From Octopus sinensis (Eukaryota), in assembly GCF_006345805.1 (NCBI RefSeq), contig NC_043011.1, positions 39,196,464 to 39,260,463 on the forward strand: a stretch of 64,000 bases of DNA, given 5' to 3'. Positions 54,639 to 64,000 of this stretch are shown in pieces. A model generated the notes under the pieces. The model was given only the letters and a program-made list of their open reading frames with translations. It was not told the DNA's origin and made no database searches. The translations under genes and the position numbers were made by a program. How positions within the stretch are numbered: the stretch's first letter is position 1; every line of letters starts with the position of its first letter.

Positions 54639-54949
54639 TGTATGTATATATATATATTTTATTATATATAATAAATATAAATATGTATAAAGCACTGCTT
54701 GCACAAATGGTATCCATTCGTGTATCTTCTGTTTTACTCTACTTTTTCTCTTTATTATTTAATAATGGATAATTCTTCTCTTTTACTCTTTTGCTCCTCC
54801 CATACAAATTTAGAAAAAAAGAATATATATTCTATTGCTTTGGCTTTCTTTTCTGTTTTTTTTTTTTTTTTTCTGTTCTTTAATTCCGCATGCCCGGATT
54901 CTGGCTGTGTTCAGACAGATCCAGTTTTGTCTTTCCCTTTTTTTTTATG

Positions 54950-55105
54950 TCGTCATTATCATCACTACCACCACCGCCACCACCATCATCATCATCGCTA
55001 TTATTATTATTTATTATTATCATTATTATTATTATTATTATTGTTATTATTATTATTACTATTATTATTATTATTATTATTATTATTGTTGTTGTTGTTG
55101 TTATT
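54950..55105. repeat. (CAT)/(CAC)/(ATT)/(GTT)n compound microsatellite
   Basis: Direct reading. Confidence 0.95.
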
Positions 55106-56719
55106 CCAACAGTTAGTTTGTTCTGCAACTGTTCATACATTCATTTATTCAGCTTGTATGCTGACTCTCCCCTAGGGATTGATACACGTGCATCCGTGTG
55201 TGTGTGTGTATGTATATAATATTTTATAGAGGGAGAATAAATTGCATGGAAACTTACAAATAATGAAGGAATAAAAACAATGGTCTTGTTAATAATCAAG
55301 TTATGCAGCCATCTGTCACACATCTTCTTGCGGTTGTCGTGATGGTCTTCAGAATTTTCTTCTACATTTAACAGAAATAAATACAAAAAGTGTATTATTA
55401 TTATTATTATTATTATCATCATCATCATTATTATGTGAATCAGTGTGAAGCAATAATCTGTTTACTTGCACCTGCTTCTTTAATGTGTGCGCATCTTTCC
55501 TTTTATTAAATATTCCACTTTTAACTTTTTCATTTTTCAATAGTGTTCTTATAACGAATGTGTATATGAGTCTGTGTGTGTGTGTGTGTATATATATATA
55601 TAATATATATATATATATTATATATACATATATGTGTGTGTGTGTGTGGTGTGTGTGACATTATCATTTCAATATCTACTTCCCCATGTTCGTGTGGGCT
55701 GGATGGAATCTAGTAAGATGGATTTTTGTATAGCCCGGCGCCTTTCCTGCCACCAACCTACACCTGTTTCCAAACAAAGTAATATTCCCTTGTGCTCAGT
55801 CACTTTTCTTTCTTTCTTTCTGAAATGTCACAGAAGATGGGAAATCAACAACATTAATTCACAATGATTATACAATTTCAAGACAAGGATGCACTGACAA
55901 GGACATGCACACCTGTATACGTAATATTGGTTCTTTCAGATATGTATGTTATGTATGTGCAGGCATACATATGCAACCCTATACTGTTTTCTCCCTCTCT
56001 GTCTCTGTCTCTCTCCTTTCTCTTTTTCTCTCTCATTGCTCACACGTGACCATCGTCCATCTTTCTTTCCTCATGTGATCATCTTTCTTTTCCTTCAAGA
56101 CTCTCCTAAGGACTGGACATATTCTACCTCTCTCGTCTGTCTTTCTCTTTTCAAAGAAAATATATTTCAAGCGTTCGTTATTTTACCCTCATTCTGGTCT
56201 AACGACCCTCCATGTTTGTTTTCGTTCGGCTTCCTTGTATGTTTCCACTGTCCTGTTTTTGTTCCCAACTTTGCCCCCCCCCCCCATAAATCCAAAATTT
56301 TATTATGGTGTCTTCGAAGACTCATATTGTTGAATGCTCAAAATGAGGAGTAGATAGACAGCTGACAACTGATGAAGGGTCGTTCTTTGTGTTAATTGTC
56401 CTGTTTTCCATTTGTTTCTCTCGTTTTTTACGTTTTGAACTCATATGTTTTTGTATTTCATGTTTACTGTTGGTAACGTCCTGTACCCATTTATACATAT
56501 GTGTATATATATATTCTATTTTTTTGTTGTTTCTAAATATATGTCCAGTTCCTTTGGTTTGTGTCTGTTTTCGTTTCTCATTGTGTTCGACATCCTTTTG
56601 GTGTCCTGTACTCATATATGCATGTATATGTACATGTAGAGGTAGGTACGTACATATATGTTTATATATATATGCATATGTTTCATTTTATTTATTAATA
56701 TATTATATATATATATATG

Positions 56720-57010
56720 GTGGACTCACCTGTGGAAGATGAACTATGAGCACTCAGCTTTTGCTGAATGACCTGCACAGATTTGTTTATAGTAATCAGA
56801 TGTTTGTATCGCACATTAGCTTAGTCTCTTCATCAAATTGGCATTGTCTGAACAGGTACTCTGTGTGCCACTTGTCAGGTGTTGAAGGGATCGCGGGGCA
56901 ATGTGAGATGAAGTGTTTTGCTCAAGAACACAACACACCGTCCTGTCTAGGAATTGAAATCACGATCTAGAGATTGTGAGTGCAACACCCTAACCACTAG
57001 GCCATACGCA
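56720..57010 (-). mobile_element. tRNA-derived SINE with a family F-type head and a different body
   Basis: Minus strand starts gcgtatggcctagtggttagggtgttg...ttcaattcct...ttgagcaaaacacttcat. Confidence 0.7.
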
Positions 57011-57029
57011 CTCATATATGCTTATATGC

Positions 57030-57060
<31 letters not shown>

Positions 57061-57061
57061 C

Positions 57062-57125
<64 letters not shown>

Positions 57126-58023
57126 GTATATATATATTCACACATATACATATTTATGTGCGTGTGCATTTTCACTCATGCATGTCTAAAACAGGTTTTT
57201 TTTTACTAAAACCCTTCCAGGTCGTGCCCCTGCATTGTTGCAGTCACATGATTCAAACTTGTAAAAGATACACACAACCACACTAATTTAATGCTCAGCT
57301 AGTTTTTGGGTGACTTATTTTTCAAGGTTTTGTTAGCAATGACTTTGAATTAATTGCAATATATATATGTATATATATATATATATGTATGTATGCTTAT
57401 ACGATTCACAATATGATTTTTATTATTGAAGAAGATATCTCAAGCAAGGCCAGGAGGAATTCCAACCACGTTTCCTGGTTCATTACCGCAACAGCTCCTT
57501 TATAGGATCTAGTGGCAAAAAACGTCATTGGGAGGAACCATGTCTGGTTTTAGTCCCTACTCCCCTATCATTTACGATGTGGCCGTGGGGGGGCATAGCA
57601 CTTTATCTTGATCTTGATTTAGTTTAATCCTTCTGCTCCAATTAATTCACAATGCACTCACTGTCAAAGAGACAGCTTTTCCCCACCACCCCTTTTTATT
57701 TATTTATTTACTTTTGTGAATGTGAATGTCTCTGGTATGTCTGGAATGCAACCAGTAAAGCTCTGATGTCCCCCCACCAAAAAAGAAACAAACAAAAAAA
57801 TTCAAGGCCTTGAAACACATTTTTTCAAATAATTAAGAGTTGGCATTACTCATTCCTAATTACCCTGAGGTGTATGATTTAATCCGTTACGTTGCTCTAT
57901 TTCTGCAATTGTTTCAATTAATTTTGGAGATAATGAAGAATTTAGTTAAAATACATTTGTCATTGTTAAGCTGGTATTTGGAACAAAAATTAACATGAAA
58001 TTTTGAAGAACATCTTTTGTTAA

Positions 58024-58243
58024 TTCACAGCGCTCATATATCTCTGTCAAATGTGACGCTTATTTATTTGCATTGTTTCGAATTAAGCATGTATTAATCT
58101 TGTAGTTTTGAGATTCTGATGCTGTGATTGTCTATTTTGATAATGGCATTGTAAGGTTAGTGTGAGATGTCAGATCTGGCTCGCTTGGATTTAAAATGGG
58201 TAGAATATTTTGACTGGATATGGCCAGTTTAAATGCTAATGGG
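58024..58243. mobile_element. piggyBac-type MITE (family 2), diverged
   Basis: Ends ggatatggccagtttaaatgctaatggg|ttaa. Confidence 0.75.
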
Positions 58244-58344
58244 TTAAGGCAGGCAATATGCATTGTAGAACCAGGGGTAGTTTTAAGCTGGGTGTTATCA
58301 AAAGGCCAGCCCTTTTGTTTCCCTATCTCTGTTGAAATACACTG

Positions 58345-58598
58345 CATCATCATCATCATCATCATCGTTTAATGTCCGTTTTCCATGCTAGCATGGGTTG
58401 GACGGTTCGACCGGGGTCTGGAAAGCCAGGAGGCTGCACCAGGCTCCAGTCTGATCTGGCAGTGTTTCTACAGCTGGATGCCCTTCCTAACACCAACAAC
58501 TCCGTGAGTGTAGTGGGTAGTTTTTACGTGCCACCGGCACAAGGGCCAGGGGAAGCTGGCAACGATCACAATCAGTTGGTGCTTTTTACGTGTCACCA
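58345..58598 (-). mobile_element. SINE family C
   Basis: Highly similar to 32048-32295. Confidence 0.88.
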
Positions 58599-58894
58599 GC
58601 AACTGCCTTTGTTTTAATTTATTTTCAAAATAATGAAGTAATTTAGTAAAATAACTAATGTAAGGTGGCAAGCTGGTAGAATTGTTAATACACAGACAAA
58701 ATGCTTAGTGGCATTTTGTCCATCTTTTGATCACTTAAAAACAGGAAGTTTGTATCAGGGAACCTGTAGCAGCCTTGGATAGGTTGGTCTCAAAAGAGTT
58801 AACTGCTGTACGATTCTCCACTGAAATAATTACCGTTGTGCTTCAGCAGAATCGTCATAATGTCGGAGAAAATGGCTTGTTTTACATTATTGCT

Positions 58895-59084
58895 TTTACT
58901 TTTTTCAGTCATTTGACTGCGGCCATGCTGGAGCACTGCCTTTAGTTGAACAAATCGATCCCAGGACTTATTCTTTGTAAGCCTAGTACTTATTCTATTC
59001 GTCTTTGTTGCCGAACCACTAAGTTACGGAGACATAAACACAGCAATGGGCGACAAACACACACATATACACATACACACACAC

Positions 59085-59119
<35 letters not shown>

Positions 59120-59320
59120 CATACATACATACATACATACATACATACATACATACAAGATGAGCTTCTTTCAGTGTCTGTCTACCAAATCCACTCTCAA
59201 GGCTTTTGTCAGTCCGAGGCTATAGTAGGAGACACTTGCCCAATGTGCCATGCAGTGGGACTGAACCCAGAACCATGTGATTCGTAAGCAAGCAACTTAC
59301 CACACAGCCACTCATGCGCC
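58895..59320 (-). mobile_element. SINE family A, full length
   Basis: Both modules present, separated by (CA)/(TA)/(CATA)n. Confidence 0.88.
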
Positions 59321-59987
59321 TATATATATGTAAATTTATATAAATAAGGATAAGATCGTTTTTTTTTTGTTATTGGTTTCAGTCATTGGAGTACATCCAT
59401 GCTGGGACACCACCTTAAAGGGTTTTAATTACAGAAAATGGTCCCCACACACATATCATCATCATCCTGTTTTTCCATGCTGACATGTGTTGGACAGTTT
59501 TGACGAGGTTGCAAATCAAAGGACTGCACCAAACTCTACTGTTAGTTGTGGCATAGTTCCTATGGCTTGATGACCTTCCTAATGCTCTGCACTTTGCTGA
59601 GTGTACTGGGTGCATTTTGCATGGCACCAGCACTGATGAGGTCGCCAAATAACTTGCAAGAGAAAAACCCCTCAATTTAGATGGGGGTGTGGTATTGGGG
59701 AAGTAGGGTTTGTGTCAGGTGATGTTAGATTAGACTATGATGGGGGGACAGAAACATGTACTTTGCTGTTGAGGAGAAGAGAGAGAAGATAGAGGAAGAA
59801 GATGATTGTGATGTGCCAGGGCATGGCCTCAAGGTACAAGGAGGTGAATGTAAGTGGAGTGGTTTTCATCTGTCACAACACCTGTGATAGTCGAGGGATT
59901 ACTGTATTTGCTGGCTGAGTGGACTGCGTGTCACAGAGTATTGAACCCATTACCTTATGATCATGAGCTGATTACCATAGCCACTGA

Positions 59988-60235
59988 ACTTGACTTGAGA
60001 CAGCATCCACCCGGGATGGGTTGAGCTGGCTTCATTCATCCTCAATGCTGCATCTCTCACAAACGCCGACCAGACCTGGCGATTTGAGGCTAACGACCGC
60101 GTGATCTCCAACCACTCCTTATTCCAGAGGCGAACACCGTAGATATGGGGTTTAGGTTGGGTTCCAGATTGGCCTTGACTGTCATCAGCCAGGTTTTTCG
60201 CTGTCCACCACACTGCTTTCACCAACAAGGAAGGT
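59988..60235 (-). mobile_element. Second RTE-like LINE 3' fragment (degraded)
   Basis: Minus-strand peptide PHIYGVRLWNKEWLEITRSLASNRQVWSAFVRDA resembles RTE C-termini (W...LA.[DN]R..W); short tcaag repeat tail. Confidence 0.7.
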
Positions 60236-60569
60236 GTCTGCCTTCAGCAACTATCAGTCTTGTCTAATTATATCAATATTAATTGTAACTGCAGGGCATT
60301 GATATTTTGGTTGTATGCAGTATTGGCTCACCTGCTTTTCACAGACATGACCAATCTGGAAACAGCATTCAGCTTGAGAATGTCGAAACGGAGTTGGTGG
60401 TGGCAGTGATGAGGGGATAATGTACTTGGATTGAAAGAATCACAGAACAGAGACAGAGTGGAGGCAGCTCATATTGGTCTGAGAGAGTGTATTGTGTGTG
60501 TGTGTGTGTGTGTGTGGGAGGTATCCTCCATCTTGTAACACTTGGTACTGAGGAGACATAGCAATAGAA

Positions 60570-60605
<36 letters not shown>

Positions 60606-61265
60606 TTGCCTCTCTCACTCTTTCTCTCCCCCTCTCTCTATCACACCCTATCTTTTCTCTCTTCCACTCTCTCCCTCCAAAACAACAGGTGAGAAGAATT
60701 ACTAAAGTGACTGATTTCTTTGGTGTTGGGTTAGGAAGGTGTGTGTGTGTGTATGGGGGGGAGCTTGTCATGTGCTTTATTCATTAGTTTTCTTTAGCTT
60801 TTGTAATTTTTTTTTCATGCATGGCCATAGTTTTGTTTCTTTTTTATGATCTCCTTTTCTTTCTTTTGCTTTTTTTTTGTGGTTCTATGGATGTTGTTTT
60901 TATTGTATGTCTGTTTTTATATATTTTTTTATCTATATATTTTCTGTTGTTGAAAATAACAACAACAACCAACCACCATAGTAAATCAGGATTGAATCAA
61001 AAATAAATTCATTGAGCAGCAAAACATCACCAGCAGCAACAGCAGCAGACATAGAAAGTATGAATATGATGATGATGATGACCATAAGGAGGAGGAGGAT
61101 AAGGGGGATGGGTTTTAGTCTTTCTTTTAGTTTTTGTCTTTTAAATTTTATCTTTATTTTATACCATTTCTTTGTATGTGTGTGTGTATATATGTGTGTG
61201 CATGATTTTGACGTCTATATCTAGCATATTGACTGTCCACTTTTAGTGGTCAGTCCTTTAAATTT

Positions 61266-61311
<46 letters not shown>

Positions 61312-61337
61312 CACATACACATAGATATATATAGTCT

Positions 61338-62197
61338 TTCACTTTTTTCAGTCATTTGGCTGTAGCTCTGCTCCTGTACCACCTTTAGTTGAACAAATCA
61401 ACCCCCAGGCCTTATTCTTTGTAAGCCTAGTACTTATTCTATTGGCCTCTTTTGCTGAACTGCTAATTTACAGGGACATAAACACACCAACATTGGTTGT
61501 CAAGCGATGGTGGGGGAGAGAGACAGACATACAAATGCATACATACTTATTGCTAAATCCACAAGTTTTTTGTTATTCTCTCTCTGTTTATTTCCTTGTG
61601 TTCCTTTCTGTTAAAGAGCATAGGCTCGAAGCATAAAAGACTTTCTCACTTTCCTGAGCAACAAACTAATACACCTGTTTGTTGTTTATACACCTGTCTT
61701 CGTCTTTTGTTTTTCTGTAAATTTCAACTATGTATATGTACGCCATTCGAGCATGGTCGTTGCCAGTGCCACCGGACTGGCTCCTGTGCAAGTGGCACAT
61801 GAAATGCTCCATTTGAGCGTGGTCAATGCCAGTACCACCTGACTGGCCCTCATCCCAGTGGCATGTAAAAGCATCCACTACACTCTCAGAGTGATTGGCA
61901 TTAGGAAGGGCATCCACCTCTAGAAACTTTGCCAGATCAGATTAGAGCCTGGTGCAACCTTCTGGCTTACAAGCTCTCAATCAAGTCGTACAACCCATGC
62001 TAGCATGGACAGTAGACGTTAAACCATGATGATGATGTACAATGCTCTTCTTTCAGTTTTACTCTACCAAATTCACTCACAAGGCTTTGGTCGGCCCGAG
62101 GCTATAACAGAAAACCCCTGCCCAAGTTGCCATGCAGTGGGACTGAACCTGGAACCATGTGGTTGGGAAACAAGCTTCTTACCACGCAGCCACTCCT
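61338..62197 (-). mobile_element. SINE family A split by two nested insertions (61555-61732 hammerhead-like element; 61741-62036 SINE C)
   Basis: 3' module 61338-61535 and 5' module 62040-62197. Confidence 0.8.
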
Positions 62198-62603
62198 ATA
62201 TATTATATATTTATTATATATTTATTATATATGTGTGTGTGTGTATGTATGTAGTCAAATGCATGGACTGTCTAATATATACATGTGTGTATGTGTGTGT
62301 TTAGTTATTTTTCCACTCAGATGACTGCATGTCAAAAATAGTCTTTTCTTGTTGGATTTATTAGATAACTAAAAAAACCATTTCACACTAAGATACTTTT
62401 TTCTTTTTTCTCGCACTAATTTATTTTATGTATATATTTATATATTATTATTTTTTTTTTTTTTTACGTTTGATGCTATTTTCTGATAGACATGTAGGTG
62501 CATTGTGAAAGGGCAGGAGAGCTTGGCAGGGAACGGCGGTGGCATGAGTAGGGGAGTTATCGAGAAGTATGCAACTACTATTGCATTTGTATAAATGATA
62601 ATG

Positions 62604-62634
<31 letters not shown>

Positions 62635-62918
62635 CAACAGTGAGCAAATAAATAAATAAAAACTACAAAATGTTTAATTCCTATAAAATTGATTTCTCCT
62701 GATTAGCCACAAAACCAATTTTCTCTCCTCTTTCTTTCTCTCTCTCTCTTTGGTACCTTTTCTGTCTTTGCTTTTTTTTCTTTTAATTTTTTTTTTTTTT
62801 ACCCCATTCCTGCCACTGAACTAATACAATTGATGTGATTGATTTCCAGTACAATATTGATGCTGTCAGTATTCAGACTGCTCTAAAGCGATGAGGTTAC
62901 CAATATATATGTATATAA

Positions 62919-62959
<41 letters not shown>

Positions 62960-62986
62960 AGAGAAAGAGAGAGAGAGAGAGAAAAC

Positions 62987-63298
62987 ATGTGGGTTGCTGG
63001 TTAGAGTATCCGGCTCACAATCATAAGATGGAGGGTTCAATTCCTGGCGACGCGTTGTGTCCTTCAGCAAGACACTTCATTTTCACGTTGCTCCAGTCCA
63101 CTTGTCTGACAAAATTGAGTAGTACCTGTATTTCAAAGATCCAGCCATGTCACATTCTGCATCATGCTGAATCTCCCTGGGAATAACGTCAAGGGTATGC
63201 GTGTCTGTGGAGTGCTCAGCCACTTACATGTTGATTTTACGAACAGGCTGTTCTATTGGTTGAATAGAACCCTTGTCGTTGTTACCAACAGAGGGCTA
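62987..63298 (+). mobile_element. tRNA-derived SINE family F
   Basis: tggttagag...ggttcaattcc B box; body matches 25930-26240 and 46695-46890. Confidence 0.8.
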
Positions 63299-63948
63299 AT
63301 TCTGTGTGTGTGTGTATTTTGTACACATCTAAATTTTGTATGACTCTATTATTCTTTCTTTCTCTTCATGCTCACTTTCCTCCTCTTTCACTTCACTGTG
63401 TCTCTTTCATTTTGTCTCGCCCCCTCCTTAATTCTTCTATCCCTCTGCCTCTACCTCTCTCTCTCTTCTCTCCTTACATGACCAGTGTTTGGCCAGGCCT
63501 GGACTTTCTTGGTTCAATTACCATCTATGCAACATCTATATTCCTCCCTGTGCCTGTTAAATCTTATGTCCCTGCTGTAAGGCTTTACTTCCACACATGC
63601 CAGCTTAATTTAATTCGTCCTTAGTTGAAAGACACCTGTTGTTATGTCCTGTTATTTGTATTTGTGTAATATTTCTCTGTCCTTGTTTTGTGTACATACA
63701 TTCGCTGCTTTCTTCCAAGGAATCTAATGCACTTAGCTTATCTTTTCCTTTGGGCTGGCCAGATTGGAGCAATCTCGAGTATAACCAGCTGAAATTGTAA
63801 AGATAATCTGGAACTCGACTGAGGATAGAAAACTCCAAATGGCCCGTCCTTGTTTTCCTTGTATCGTCTTTCTGGATGTTTTGTTCTCTCTTTGTTTGTA
63901 TCACCTAACTGTCTGGATGTTTTGCATTCTTGTCCCATTTTTGTATTA

Positions 63949-63988
<40 letters not shown>

Positions 63989-64000
63989 TAGATATTGATA

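Noticed and set aside
60325-60420. Acceptor-like ctcacctgcttttcacag followed by short open frames
   Set aside because: All frames stop within about 75 bp with no recognisable homology or convincing donor.

Overview
AT-rich, repeat-saturated eukaryotic non-coding DNA (intergenic or deep intron). No host protein-coding exon can be supported, and almost all ORFs in the track are translated microsatellites or SINE bodies. The repeat content resembles octopus/coleoid cephalopod genomes (inferred from recall of the repeat families, not a database result). The window contains very dense (TA)n/(TG)n/(CT)n/(AAT)n microsatellites, several minisatellites and at least four tRNA-derived SINE families in many nested copies. 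It also holds piggyBac-type TTAA MITEs, two non-autonomous Helitrons, a Helentron-type (HINE) element and two RTE-clade LINE 3' fragments, one with a twin-priming-type 5' inversion. The most interesting signal is a set of unrelated short elements, mostly embedded in (TA)n, that carry hammerhead ribozyme motifs: two near-complete type I hammerheads (15037-15136, 43063-43134) and several degenerate or tandem ones, suggesting Penelope-like or retrozyme-type non-autonomous retroelements. Other observations are a hairpin-dense 210-bp island (9297-9505), a pre-miRNA-sized hairpin (14063-14117), an inverted copy of a SINE-plus-flank junction 16 kb apart, and a probable assembly-error duplication (5410-6955).
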